A stretch of DNA of 64,000 nucleotides from Octopus vulgaris (lineage: Eukaryota), in contig OX597818.1 in NCBI GenBank assembly GCA_951406725.2, positions 101,308,001 to 101,372,000 on the forward strand. Direction: 5' to 3'. Under the pieces are notes generated by a model that was given only the letters and a program-made list of their open reading frames with translations, did not search any database and had not been told where the DNA came from. The position numbers and the translations under genes are program-made. Shown here piece by piece: positions 1-14,229 of the stretch (positions are counted from its first letter, which is position 1; each line of letters starts with the position of its first letter).

Positions 1-144
1 TACACACTGACATTAGAAATGTTACGTTTTCTTGCCTTTAGGAATCTAGAAAATTGGTGATATTCCCGCGTATTTTTGTTGATATATTATCTACTTTTTA
101 AAGATATATTGTGAACGTTTTACTATAATCTTTTGAAAGCTTGT

Positions 145-400
145 AGCAAGTAATGTGTGTGTTAAGAATTTAGTTTCCCAACCACATGATTCCGCTGTGT
201 TCCATCTGCCACATGTGACTTCTATTACAATTCCGAGTCGATTAAACACTTCTTAATAGGTTTAGGAGGCAAGAATTGTAAAATGTCTCACTGTATATGT
301 AAATATGAACAGATCTACGTGTCTGTTTGTGTTTGTAGTTGTCCACCACATCTTGACAACCGTAACGTGAAGGTGGATGTAGAAAATTTATTAAAAGTAA
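145..400 (+). mobile_element. Highly degenerate copy of SINE family A (tRNA-derived, CORE-like)
   Basis: tgtgtgttaag...cccaaccacatgattcc and cttgacaaccg match head and 3' half of the intact copy at 3162-3547. Confidence 0.5.
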
Positions 401-539
401 TAAATATATAATCCTTATCTAATACAAGCCAAAGTTAACAAATTCAAATTTGAAAATAGTTTCAGCCTAAAGGGAGATAATTGAGAAAGTCTCGAATGTT
501 AATGTATGATCGTAATCATGTAAAGTATATACAACAAAT

Positions 540-740
540 AATTCAGAACCCTTGTCCGGCACCGGATCGATCCCAAAATCTAATCAGCCTGAGCTAGTTA
601 TGAGGCCAAATATCTCTGAAAGTTCCATCCGAATCCACCCAACAGTTCTTGCGATATCTTGTCCACGGACAAACAAGCAAGCACACAAACAAACGTGACC
701 GAATAAAAATATCCCCGCCTTCGCTAAGGCGGAGATAATA
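540..740 (-). mobile_element. Non-autonomous Helentron/DINE-1(HINE)-like element end
   Basis: Minus strand starts ttattATCTCCGCCTT-agcg-AAGGCGGGGAT (hairpin ~709-737), followed by a (GTTT/GCTT)n short repeat and gtccgtggacaagatatcgcaagaac; this layout matches Helentron-associated interspersed elements. Confidence 0.5.
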
Positions 741-1401
741 AACGGTTAAAGGTAAACATAAAAATTTATTATTTCTTTTTGTAGAAAATAGGATGCAAAT
801 ATAATTTATGTTTAGGGAAGTAAAAACCCCAAAACGGGATATGAAACGAGTATGAAAAGTATAAAAATTGTTTGATAGTTAGGAAATCATAAACATAAAT
901 TCTGCAAGCGGTATTATTTATTATTAATGTATAACAATCAACAAAGTAAAAACCATTATATTCGAAACATAACAGTTGTACGCGATACGATACAGCATTT
1001 GCATTATTTCCTTTAATAACGTTTGACGTATCAAATAATTACTTACAAAATCAGTGTTCTGGATTCATGTGACATTTTTAAAAATACCAAGTCAACAGCT
1101 GCGTATAATGCAAGTACAAATATTGTGAACATTAATACAAGTATACATATGTTAAACCTGAAATATACTACAATTCGTCACCCTTTTGCTCTTAATTCAG
1201 CATCTAGACTTAGTAAAAATTTCTGAACCGAACTTGAGGAATTTATGTCTTAGTAATTTAAATTATTTGTAATGTATTTCCTTTTGTATCTATTCATATC
1301 GTATCTGTAACATAAAATCTCAGTATATTCTCGAATATATATGAGGATATATTTCTTTTTAATTTCGTTTTGTGTGTATGTGTGTGTGTGTGATCTTTAA
1401 T

Positions 1402-1644
1402 TTTTTACTTGCTTCAATCATTACACTGCATCCATGCTGGGGCACCATCATGAAGGATTTATACACGAATGAATCTACTCCAGTGTTCTTTTTATTAAGT
1501 CACGTACTTGTTTTATCTCTGAATCTTGTCGAAACACTAGTTAACGCCGACGTAAGCATAGCCCTAGGGGGAGTCAAGTGGTAGTAGGGGGACAACACAG
1601 GCACAAAGATACACACATACAGCCACACACACACACACACACAA

Positions 1645-1675
<31 letters not shown>

Positions 1676-1792
1676 CCATTGGCTTCTTTCAGTGTCCGTC
1701 TGCCATATCCACCCTCAAGCCTTCAGACGTCCCGAAGCTATATGCAAAGACGCTGGTCTATAGTGCCACACAGTGGGACTCAACCCGGAACC
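1402..1792 (-). mobile_element. SINE family A, diverged, 5'-truncated
   Basis: Reverse complement of the 3162-3547 copy (ttttacttg..catgctggggcacc..ggcttctttcagt..cagtgggactcaacccggaacc) with internal (CA)n(TA)n. Confidence 0.75.
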
Positions 1793-2788
1793 GCAGTTTA
1801 CTCTTCTGTTATAGGAAGGATCAACAAAATGTACTCTATACACTGAGAGATAGTATCATTAATATAACACAATATAAAAATGAGATACTAATAGGTGTAT
1901 GATATAGAGATACAATAATTTCTTAGATTTACATAATATGCTGTTTCTCCAAGCAATCTCTCATGCCATTAGAGCTATTTGAAAATTGGAATGCTAGGAG
2001 TTAGTAAAACATGAGAAATAAACGATAAGAAAAACACGAAGAAATTTGATGCAGCTAGCGGAATGAGGAGAAAGAAAAGAAAGAGAATTCAAGATCCACG
2101 TCTTCTTTGTCTCTATAAAATGGTTTGAACATTTAAAACAGTTAAGGGTGGCACATGTTTCTTGCGATTTCAAACGAAATAATATTGAATATCGGGATAG
2201 GCAAGCAATTATTTATTTATTTTCCTTCAGGTCTTGTATGCTTGTTGTGCAAAAACCTGCGTATTGAAGTACAACAGTTGAGGTACTAGTCTCAATCTGA
2301 AAATAACTGCAGGTTAGTTTCTAACGAGATGTATTTTTCACTTTCCTTCATTATTTACGCATGTAAAACACTTTTCAAAGACTCATTGAAGTTTTTCTTC
2401 ATTGACTAAAGATGTCACAAATTTCTTATTAATTTTGGGACAAGATACAATACCAGATCTCAGTAAATTTACAGTAAAAATCTTCAAAACACCTAAATAA
2501 ACAATAACAGAACCTTTCTGCTGTTGTTGCTATTTTCCTTTGAAGCTTTTCTAGAATTCTAATGGCGGTAGAAACACAAATAGCTTTTTATCTCCAAACG
2601 TTCGTACAGCTGAGTGCGATTCGTTGAAAGTTCCGCCTTCGAAATGATTTCGAGCATTTCTTCAACATTAAAGGATACACCTGCACATTTACACTGTTCT
2701 TATTTTACTATTTATCTATGTTCGAATGTGAGATGTCAATGCATGGCTCTCCATTCTTTTACTTCCGCACACACAAGTTTATATATGA

Positions 2789-2822
<34 letters not shown>

Positions 2823-3161
2823 GATGCATATATGCGTGTGTGTGTGTGAGTTTGTATAAGTGTGTGAGTGTTACTCTGTGTGTATAAGATTGTGTGTGTG
2901 CTTATATATACATATACATTCAGGCAACTAGCCAGCATTGCATCAGGCGATCTCGTTAGACTTTGCTGGAACAATTTCCAGTTAACCCCATAGATAAAAA
3001 CTGTGCATGCATAATAGACGTTACCTCCGATCGAATACAGCAAATACATTTATTTTCATCGTTGTATTCACTTTAAGTATGTTACGTGGGTTCATATTTA
3101 TTATTTAAATCTGTTTTTATTAAAACATATAAACATCTACAAACTTACATAATTACATATA

Positions 3162-3547
3162 CGCAGGCGTGGCTGTGTGGTAAGTAGCTTGTTTACCAAC
3201 CACATGGTTCCGGGTTCATTCCCAGTGCGTGCCACCTTGGGCAAGTGTCTTCTACTATAGCCTCGGGCTGACCAAAGCCTTGTGAGTGGATTTGGTAGAC
3301 GGAAACTGAAAGAAGCCCGTCGTATATATGTATATATATGTATGCGTGTATGTGTTTGTGTGGCTGTGTTTGTCCCCCTAGCATTGCTTGACAGCCGATG
3401 CTGGTGTGTTTATGTCCCCGTTACTTAGCGGTCGGGCAAAAGAGACCGATAGAATAAGTACTGGGCTTACAAAAGAATAAGTCCCGGGGTCGATTAAAGG
3501 CGGTACTCCAGCATGGCCGCAGTCAAATGACTGAAACAAGTAATAGT
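3162..3547 (+). mobile_element. SINE family A, near full length (tRNA head, CORE-like centre, internal microsatellite)
   Basis: A-box-like tggctgtgtggtaag, B-box-like gggttcattccc, accttgggcaagtgtctt (resembles MIR/CORE-SINE core), (TA)(TG) tract ~3323-3370, 3' end gcagtcaaatgactgaaacaagtaa; multiple copies in window. Confidence 0.9.
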
Positions 3548-3694
3548 GTTATATATGTGTATGTATTTGTGTGAGAGAGAGAGGGGGAGAGACAGTGTGC
3601 ATGTATGTGTGTATACATTAATTCTAGCAGCGATACCCTGATTATATTAACGTTATTTTAATTCAACCATCTACCATCAATGTCCAGGAAATGC

Positions 3695-3919
3695 TTACTC
3701 TTTACCCTTTTACTTGTTTCAGTCATTTGAATGCGGCCATGCTGGAGCACCGCCGTTAGTCGAGCAAATCAACCCCGGGACTTATTCTTTGTTAGCCCAG
3801 TACTTATTCTATCGCCGAATAAGTCTCTTTTGCCGAACCGCTAAGTGACGGGGACGTAAACACACCAGCATCGGTTGTCAAGCAATGCTAGAGGGACAAA
3901 CACAGACACTCAAACATAT

Positions 3920-3989
<70 letters not shown>

Positions 3990-4131
3990 GACAGACTTCT
4001 TTCAGTTTCCGTTTACGAAATTCACTCATAAGGCATTGGTCGGCCTGAGGCTATAGCAGAAGACACTAGCCCATGAGGCCACGCAGTGGGACTGAACCCG
4101 GAACTACTTACCACACAGCCACTCCTGCGCC
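3695..4131 (-). mobile_element. SINE family A, near full length, ~20-bp deletion in head
   Basis: Reverse complement of family A including tail; gaacccggaac|tacttacc lacks the accaaccacatg segment. Confidence 0.9.
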
Positions 4132-6594
4132 ATTATGTGATTATAAACTTAAAGATGGCGACATATTATTCGGCAGAAAGACTTAAGAGTGTTAACGCTG
4201 AATTACCGGCAGTTGGATTAAAAATGTACGTCATCGTTAAAAAACATTATCCCCATTCTCAACGAACAGAAGAATAACCATACCCCCTACGCCAACACCA
4301 CCTGTAACTTCAAGATGTGTATCATGAGCAATGAAAGCTTTGATATTTCATGCGACAACACTACCATAAGAAAGATTAACAATAACATAAGCAAAGACAA
4401 TGAGATTTCTCTGTTATTTAATGGGCAACATTTCTCTGACACTTTAAACAACAGGAAGAGCTAGCGTAATAACGCGAGAATTGACAAGGAAATAAAACCG
4501 ATTGAAATGAAAAGCAAAATTATTTCAGTACGTTGAAGAAACTACCAAAATCATCGTTGCTTTCTCCGCCATGCCGGAGACTATCTATAATCTATTCACT
4601 GAACTTTTTCACTAAGTAATTATACCTCTATACTCCGGACAAAAAAATGAAATGAATAAATTAGTAATTTATAAAGCTGTTACTATCGGATTTCCTGTGA
4701 TTTACAGTAACATCAGAATCAGCAGCGTCAAATATAATCTCCACTGATAACAAGAGCAATATAAATAATCTGATATACGAGCGTCTGGTAATGAGAAAAG
4801 TATTGTAGATAACATTGTTCCCGATTTAAATCAATGCTATAGGAGGGTGAGAGGATTAACTGCAACCAAGAAAACGGGATTTCATATTCCTTGATCAAAA
4901 ATGCTTAAGAAGTAAGTGTTAGTATATTCACGTTTTAAGGCGTACTACGCAATATAAAGTAAAAGAAATAAGACATCACAAAAACGCTTTGAATAGGCTT
5001 TTCGTTGTGGTAAACAGAAGGAAATGTATACTCATGTTATATACATGGTCATAGATTGCTGAATGAAATTGAGGTAGGTGCCCCACAATAATATAGCAAA
5101 GAACAGATGGCAGCTATGCATTTGTAGAGAGATATGCTAGTGTATCAAATGGCACAAAGAAAAATTGGTAGTGACTGAAAGGAGGAATAATTATCAATGT
5201 ATAACCAGAAAACCTGGACGAGATTATTTTGTTAATACAAATTCGAATATGTACACAGGTGCACATCATTTTGAAAATTGTCTAAGTAACAAACGATTAG
5301 TACAGCTACGTATCAGAGAGCATTCTTCTCACAATATGTTTCACATAAAGGAAAAAATATGCATCTGCAACCCAACTAAGCACACTAAAATCTTGAAGAC
5401 GATATAGGCGAAACCAAAGTCTCACAGAAGGCAACAGCAGTGACACGAAATGCATTTGATATGCATCACGTGCAACGGCTGTCGCATTAAAATATTAGCA
5501 CAGTCATTAATCTGACACAACATCAAAAGTCTAATAAGAACTGTGACAAAAGCTACAGCCACAAAGGAAGGCGAAGCTGTGGAAATAACAAGAGATGGCA
5601 ACGTCACTGGGCAGAAAAAAATTATAAAAATTTATTGAAGACACACGTCCTTCTGTAGGCGTTAATATAAAATTCTTATATTGAGAAACATTTCGCTCTC
5701 TTCCTCTGAAACAGCCATCAGGTGGTTTGAGATATCATTATCTGACGATTGTAAGCGGAGCATATAATTGGAGATAGATAAATAAATAAATAAATACTTA
5801 AATTTTCCTCCAAGCAATCTTTGACAGATATATACTCACTCTGAATTTTAACAATTAGTTTCATACATGGAAACGTGAGATCGACTTCAAATCTTCAGCA
5901 GAAACAGTACATACAGATATCTACTGAAACAGGCTCGGAATATTACCATTCATGCGGTAGAACGAGGTGAGAAGTTTTATTCGCTGTTTAAAATTTTAGC
6001 TTATTGAATGTGCAGGAAACAGTTATTACGAAACCAAATGAGCCTTTCATTATGGGATGATAAATTCAACGTAAACAGAAATTATAAGACATTTACAAAA
6101 AAGTAGCATTATGCCACATATGCGATCAATCATGAAGTAATCGATATTTCACTGAACAATTTCAAATCCATTAATTCTCAAAGTCTATTAATTCTCATTT
6201 GCGTATGCGTATGTAGTTATGTATACCTCCTTTATGTGCAGCTGTCCGGTCTTTATACAGTGCTATCTTATTCAAACATTAGTTGTTAATTTGGAATGCT
6301 TTGTCAATTTGCCTTATTTTCGAATTTTGTTATTTACCTTGCATCAATCACCAAAAAAAGTTCGGCTACAATAGATATCAAGCAGAGATATTTGTGAACA
6401 TTCTGCGTATTGAGAAACACACACACACACATACGTCTATCAATGTATTTTGTTTTACACAGACAAGCAAAACATCATATTTGTACACATATATGCCTAT
6501 GAAAATGAAAATGTACACAAGGAGACACATGCATTTATATGCATATGTATGCTGTGTATTTGTATATATATATATATATTCACATATATGCATG

Positions 6595-6629
<35 letters not shown>

Positions 6630-7192
6630 GTGTGTGTGTGTGTGTGGTTATATATATATATACATATATATATACATGCATATATATATTTATTTATTTA
6701 TACAGGCACACACATTATATGTTTGTAAATGAATGTGTGTGTCTAATCATGCCATTGATGCATGCAAATATAATCAATTAAAAGTTATTTGATTAATAAA
6801 AATTACGAATTATTTAATCCTGTAATATTTACATTTCATGTATGTGTAGGCAACTTGAGAATAAATTAATGATGGAGTAGAATTCCTGAACTCTAAGATC
6901 TCTGACAAATAATATTATCGTTTCAGAGGAGGATATCTTGACATAGAGATAGCAATAGAAACAGGTGAGTCAATATAAAAATCCTACTGTATTAACATGG
7001 ATATATAATTTATCATCGCATTTTGGAAACCTTTTAAATAATGATGCTGCAAAAGCGGTGCGTCGAGATAATGTCGGTATGTAAGCGCATATTCATGGAA
7101 ATGAAGAAACAATGTATGCGTATACATCATACATGCATGAATGATGTATATATGCATTCTTACATTTATCTGTGTTTGTGTTTGTATATTCA

Positions 7193-7275
<83 letters not shown>

Positions 7276-7406
7276 GCATATATATATATATATTTAAATT
7301 TTATATAACAACGGAGAGAAATTGAATACTAATCAAATTAATATCAATTTAAAACTAATTGCCTAGCATATAAAAATATTCTGAAGATTCAGAAAAATAT
7401 ATTATA

Positions 7407-7557
7407 TACATATAAGATGGATGACCACTAAGTGGACATCCATTATGCTAGAATTCGCCCCACTACGGTTTTGCCACATTCCTTTCTTAGATGTAAAACC
7501 ATAGGGGTCGATTTCTAGCATAATGGATGTCAACTTTGTAGGCATCCCGCTTATATG

Positions 7558-7559
<2 letters not shown>
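7407..7559. repeat. Fold-back (inverted repeat) element within TA tracts
   Basis: Arms ~7407-7472 and ~7495-7559; perfect core gacatccattatgctagaa / ttctagcataatggatgtc. Confidence 0.8.
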
Positions 7560-7617
<58 letters not shown>

Positions 7618-7749
7618 AATAATAAATGGGTAAAACTAATTAATTATTAATTAATATTACCAATTAGTGTTCAGTATGTAAAAAGACCATTTACGGTATA
7701 TTTAAAACATTACGTTATATAATTAGGTTTCAATTATTTTACTGAACCC

Positions 7750-7808
<59 letters not shown>

Positions 7809-7828
7809 TGCTTCTTTGAGGACATTTT

Positions 7829-7865
<37 letters not shown>

Positions 7866-8802
7866 TCAAAACACGCTCAGACGAAATTCACTAGCACACA
7901 TAGAAACAGGCTCCCTAGAGAGAAAATAATACTTATCAGGAGTATCAAAAACTTAATTAAAAAGTCAATCAATTAAAATATTACCACGTAGAATATCCAG
8001 ATTCAACAACAATGAAAGTGCTGGAGTTGGAAAGAATAGTATCTGCAGATCAACATAAAAACCTGCATTGAAAATCAAATAGCTGCAGAGGAACAGTGGT
8101 TAACATAAAAGAGACACAAAAGTGTTCTATGCAGACACAAATCAGCATAGGAACGCAGTTTAATCAAGCAGTTTAAGTTAGTTGTTTTCTCTGCTGGAGA
8201 CTTAAAAGCATGCCTTTCTTCAAATTTCCTTTAACACGTGGCGATGGAGAAAATACATGCGTATATATAAAATGAGATTTTAGTTAAACTTTGTAAGCCT
8301 CTTACCTTCACTGGTTCTTCGTCTCATTTTTTTTTACTTCTAGCTATTAGATATTTCTGGTTTCTTAGTGTGTGAATGTATTTATTTTAATGCTGGTAAT
8401 AGAAATCAACATGCTTAAGTTGTTGTTTCAGTTTGAGATAAATCAGTGGGCTGGTGAAATCCTTATTACTCCAGACAAGATTCTTGGCGACATTCCTTCT
8501 GGCCCTTCACGTTTTTAGTTCAAATGCCACCGAAAGCAACCTACTCAGACTTCTTGTTCCTGTGTGAAGTTCAGCACTTGGATAGCTACATGAATCTGCG
8601 TGGAAGAGGAGAGGTATTAACTGGTCACTAAGTTGGAGGTCTACCTAGTATCTGCATTGCTTATGCTACTGTATATACATAGATATGCATGTTGGTGTAC
8701 GTTGTAAGTTTGCTTTACAATAATTTTCATCGCTGCTACGCTTTTCAAAATAATATTACTCTGTTTGAGGAGATACTAAAGAATGATATTATCATTTTAT
8801 GG

Positions 8803-8993
8803 CCCAAAGCTAGCGATTTTAAGGGACATGTTTACGTCTATATCATCGACCAAAGTACTTGATTGGTTTTTGTTTCTTAGACCACGGAATGTGAAATCAA
8901 CTTTGGCGGAATTCACACTCAGAACGCAAAATCTGAAGAAATACTGCTGAAAATGTTCTCTTTGTGGTAACGATTCTAGCAGCTCATCGCCTT
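8803..8993 (-). mobile_element. SINE family B, degenerate
   Basis: atcatcgacc..gtcaactttggcggaattcacactc..gcagctcatcgcctt aligns by eye to the 58858-59069 copy. Confidence 0.6.
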
Positions 8994-11306
8994 CAAGATT
9001 ACTGAATGATATTGCCCATAAAATGTTTCATAATTTGTGCGTCCTTTTAACTTGCTTTTTGCGAAGATGATAATATACTTTCATCACCAGAAATTAATTT
9101 CCCCAGAATAATCTGTATTACTGTCAATGGCAATAAATGTTTGAAATGTTCGTTTATTTTAAAGTAAATTTCTTTTATTTATTTTGCATCTGCTTTTTGT
9201 TGTCTCTTGTAAAACAATGTTTGTGTCTAATGATTGCTTTTCCTTATTTTTCGAATAACTTTAAGCTAACGTTTGATTTTCGTTAACTAATTAATTGATC
9301 ATTCGTATTAATTGTGTACTGTGACGTTTGCAACTTGTTTTCGCATAGCTAATGTAATATGCTGTTCGTGTGCGGTTACGTCTGCCAGAAAAGCATTATT
9401 TCAGCATATTCTATTGAACCATTGTTTTCCTCTATGAGGAAACTGAGGTACTGGTATTCGTTATCTTTGATTCTACTATCGTCAGCTCCCGTAATACTTC
9501 TACGTAATCTGCATTATTTCTCTCATTTATGGGGTGTATGTATCCCTATGCTTCCCTGCCACACATCAGAGGTGCTCCTATCTCTCACAATTCCTAGTTT
9601 AGTTATTCCCGCTGGTGCTGCTATTCTTTTATTTGCATCCTGTTGAGTTTGAGGCAACTGTTTATTTTAGGGATCCTTTTTATACCGCATATTTTGTGCA
9701 TTTATATCAAAGATTTTTTTCTGCACTTAGTCGTGGTAATCATTGGTTGCTGTGAATCTGTATTAGTATTTCAAGTTGTGTGTCTGTTTTAAAGAATTAG
9801 TGTAGAGATATATGGATCAATAATGTTTGGGTATCTCTGTTACTCGCAGGTAAATTGATGTTGGTGTTTCATCCAAGTTATATTTGGTGAAGAACTGCTG
9901 GTTCCTATATTGTTTTGTATTAAATTTTAATATTCACATAGGCACTCAAGGAGGAATATCTTCACATCTTGTATAGTGAAAATTTTTTTATATTTTCCCG
10001 TATTTAAGAGTATAGTTTACCTTAATGTTTCATTTTAATGCCTTTGAGTTTTAGTTTACTGATGAACTGATAGTGTTTGCGTACAGTTTGCAAGAGATAT
10101 AATCTTTTACGAACTAATGTAACCGAGTTGGTATTCTTTGCTTAGACAACATACAGTTTGCATTATTTGTCTGCTAAATTAGCTAAGTCTTGGAAACATT
10201 TTATTTTGTATTTGTTTTCCAAAACATTCGATCTCAAGTCGTATCGTATAAAAATTCTTCTACACAGATGGACCGCATGTCGTTTGTCTAATTCACATAT
10301 TTTCCTTTTATCTAAACATAAACATCGTTTATACCAGTGTTCTGTAGTCTTTCCAGTATGTTGTGTTATTCCCTTTAAATACTTTTTTGTTCTTTCACAT
10401 ATTCCCGTATGCCATTTCACCATAGTAGTAGTTTTGAATGCTAAAGATTATTTATTCTTATCAACTTGCTTTATTTTTCTGATTGACATATCACTACAAG
10501 TCCTTGAGTACTGGAAGACTGTAGTTATTTTGGGACTTATTTCATACTTTTCTTTGAGTTATATTGACTCTGGGCTTTCGATATGGACTGTTGTGATCCA
10601 ATACTTTGTTCCACTAAGACGTGCCAACAGTAAAAGTCTGGTTGATCTTTATGTAGCAATACAAAAACACAGCCTCCATAAAAAAAATCACCAAAAATAC
10701 TAAACAAATCCTAATTACCCATGCCACAATTTTACAAAACAAGCATAACATAATACATACACACATGCCTCTGATTAGTACACAACACTAGACCAAAGAA
10801 ATCAGAAGCAAAACGGCAAAAGCCACAACAGCTTAATTAATCGCATACCTCGAGAATACAGCTACGATGACTCAAAAACATTTACAAATAACACACATAA
10901 TCGCGCAAAAAAGAAGCTCTTCCAGTATTTGAGATTCAAATATTCTCATAGAATGGAAGACTCGCTCAGAAATATTCACAAAAACTGTATTAAGATTTAC
11001 ATGCACAATCATCGATATTGTACAGAAGAGACAGAATGCCCGGTATTTCACAGGGAAAGTGGAGTAGACGTGTAAATGTTTTCAGGCCATATGAGCACCT
11101 AGATTTGTAGGCCATGCGAAAACCTAGACGCCATCGCCACCTACTGAACGGTGTCAGATTTGAAACGTATTTTCAATAGCTACGAAGAGCACAAATCCGT
11201 GAGACAAGTGCAAAGAAGAATTGGAATTGATATGATACGGTCCTTCATCAAACCGGAAGAGTAAAGTGACCTCAAAAGTGGTTGAGTCAACCTTCTCTAT
11301 CTATCA

Positions 11307-11365
<59 letters not shown>

Positions 11366-11439
11366 AGAAAGAGAGAGATTAAAATTACATGTACTAATAA
11401 TTTTATTTTCATCCGTGTTCCTAATAATCTTCACTAAGT

Positions 11440-12063
11440 TAAGCACAAAGCCTGGAATATTGAGGGAATAAGGTAAACGATTATATCGAACCCAGAGTAT
11501 GAAATGCAAAGTCACTCTCAGCAAAATTTTAACTAGGAACATAAAACCGCTGGAAATGCCAATCAGCATTGTCCGCTTAGCTAAAGGTTTTGCTACTTCA
11601 CCGACTTATCAATTTTTCTAACATTCTTCCTAAATTCCGACACAGGCTAACAATGTAGGAGACTAGTTGATTACACCGACCACATTGCGCAAGGGATGCA
11701 TATTTTGTCGGCAGCGAAATGATGAAAAGCAATGTCGACCTCGGCTGAATTTAACTTAGAACGTAAAGATGGACGAAGCTCTGCCCACCATCCTTCCATG
11801 TGTGGCAACAGATCTGCTTGTAATTCTTTACTAGCATTGGAATTACTAGATCTTCCTAGTAATTCTTCTACCATAGGACAAGACCTGATATTAAGGGAGA
11901 AGTTCAAGTCAATCATATCAACCTGTGTTCTTTACTGGTACTCCCTTTTTGAACCACGTGAGGATGATGGTAACGTTGACGTTTACGGAATTGGAAACGA
12001 GGATGTAAAGCTGGATGAATCATTTTGTCCGGCATCCAAAATATTCTGCCAACTCGCTACGTT
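11440..12063 (-). mobile_element. Three adjacent degenerate SINE family B copies (~11440-11608, ~11640-11850, ~11875-12063)
   Basis: Each has cgattatatcga/gattacaccgacc, gaaangcaaagtc-like and ctgccaactcgc-like motifs of family B. Confidence 0.55.
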
Positions 12064-12460
12064 AAATGTTACTGGAATGCAATGCAATCATTGGAAGTTT
12101 GAGAGGGTTCTTACATGACTTTTATGCTGGATTATAATAGAAAGACTTTTTCTCATAAAATATTTAAACGATATCAAAAAAAAATGTTTGTGGTATCGAT
12201 TTCATACGAATGCATCTCTTCATACGAATGCATCCTTCAATGTGAATTTATGACTAAGATCATGTTACTATAGCCCATGGAAAGATACAAACAATTCACG
12301 TTTCCAAGGTTATAATTCCCATTATAACACTAAAAGTTATATGTCTATATTTATTTTATCTCACGCAATCACACACACATACACACACAGAGACATACAC
12401 ACACACATACATACACACACGCACACACAGATATATACACACAGACACAAATACGCACAA

Positions 12461-12517
<57 letters not shown>

Positions 12518-12524
12518 TATACAA

Positions 12525-12757
12525 AGTGAAGACCCCTTCTTTCATGAATGGCCATGGAATTGCCTCTGGAAAGTTACCTTCTGGGGACGAGGTTGTTTAT
12601 GGAAGACCAACACTCAGTCACTGAGTGGTTAATAACCTCCTTTCTTCACGCCACTAAGTACAGTTGCTCAAGAACTGGATTACTCGGTCCTGTAATCCAG
12701 TTCCCTCTCTCCTGACTAATAATTCGACGACGTAACTACTGAGTCATGCGCCTTCAC
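12525..12757 (-). mobile_element. Degenerate SINE-like fragment (tRNA-type head gaaggcgcatgactcagtagtta on minus strand)
   Basis: A-box-like tgactcagtagtta; remainder GC-richer than background. Confidence 0.35.
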
Positions 12758-13100
12758 ATGCAAAACGCACCCCGTCCAATGGACAGTGCTGAGTTGTCAA
12801 ATATTTAAATCAAATTTTCTGACCTTATCCGACCTTTCCATAGGCCTCGCCTTTGAGAAATACTAATTTAACCTAAATTTGAGACACCAACAAAAGAAGA
12901 AATAAAGATAGATTTTTTTTTCTATTCCAAGAAAAACGATTTTACAAATGTACGTTCCCACGGCTTTATCGATCGCATTCTCATCTGGAAACGATTTGAT
13001 ATGTCGGTATCTACATATCAAATTTGAGCGCAATCGGATGGAGGATGCCCGAGATCCTAGACTACACACAGACAGACATGCAGAACGGATATTATATATA
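12757..13100 (-). mobile_element. Short non-autonomous Helitron
   Basis: Minus strand starts tatatataatatccg..gtctgtctgtgtg..ccgattgcgctcaaatttg (similar layout to 51960 element head) and ends in hairpin gcactgtcc-att-ggacggggtgc followed by gttttgCATGt (degenerate CTAG). Confidence 0.5.
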
Positions 13101-14229
13101 TTTACATATATATACCGAGACACAAACATAAGTGTATGTGAGTGCGTGTGTGTGAAAGAGACAGAGAGAGCGATGGGGAGAGAGAACGTGTGTTTTTAGT
13201 TTGTTATGGAATTGTATGCCCTCAAAGAGGTGTTGTTGCTGTATCTCCTTCCCCTTTCGCGAAACTTAGATTTTCTTTTTATATTTATAAATAACATTTT
13301 CCTTTTCTACTATTTTCTACTATTTCTCGTTCTACTATGAACTGTCTTGTTTGTTTGTTTTACTTCTGTTTGTTTCAGATATATTGTCCAAAATGTTACT
13401 ACGAATTGCACCCAGACATATTTTCTTGGCATCTTGCTTACTCATATATGTCAAGCATAAATTACTTCAGGCAAACAACATTAATAACAACAACAGCATA
13501 TATTCAGATAACCTGGCATGTGTTCTCTTTCGAAATTAAATACGTTCGTTAAATCAAGCTCCGTAAGGTACCAATGTTTCATTATTTAGGAGTTTTCGGC
13601 AGTATTATTACTGATTCTCACATTATTTACGGTTTCTGTATAACCGACAACCATTCTGTATTAAGTATGTATACTTAATATGCAGTTGTGCGTACGTTTG
13701 TGTAAGCGTATGCAATAGTATGTTTGTGTGTCTGTGTTTGTAAGCACGCATGGTTTAACTTGTATGTTGAATGTATTCAATGTCAAATGTACACACTCAA
13801 CGATGTGATAAACTTTCTCTCACTGTGTTGAAGGATACATACATGATGTTGTTTATACAGCTGTCCAAAACTTTCATCACACATTATATTTTGAATTTAT
13901 ATAATATATTTTGCTGCGTTTTCTCTATATAAAACCACATATTTATTTAGTTGAAACACTCATCTAATGTCATGATACAGTTTGTTGATATTAATGTATC
14001 TTCGGACATATGCTGATCAAGTAAATTCTTAGTTAATTTCTGAGACATTTCTTGTCTTTATCTTTTACTTTTTCTTGCCCACTTTTGGACTGTGGCGAAA
14101 ATGCCATCGAATCTACCAGTAGTATGTTACCTCAGCTAAAATTGCTGCAACCATATTCCATTATCTGGTATTCATTGAAAATACCCGTTTTCACTTTATC
14201 TGGACGCCATGAAAGAGTATAAGGCAAAA

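Noticed and set aside
4130-5730. Decayed retroelement (LRIREH resembling GIY-YIG; minus-strand ctgatgg..gcgaaatgt at ~5684-5725)
   Set aside because: Motifs too short and degenerate; no YIG or RT motif seen
9360-10900. Strand-skewed region with 181-aa and 86-aa ORFs, possibly an old retroelement
   Set aside because: No diagnostic motif recognisable by eye
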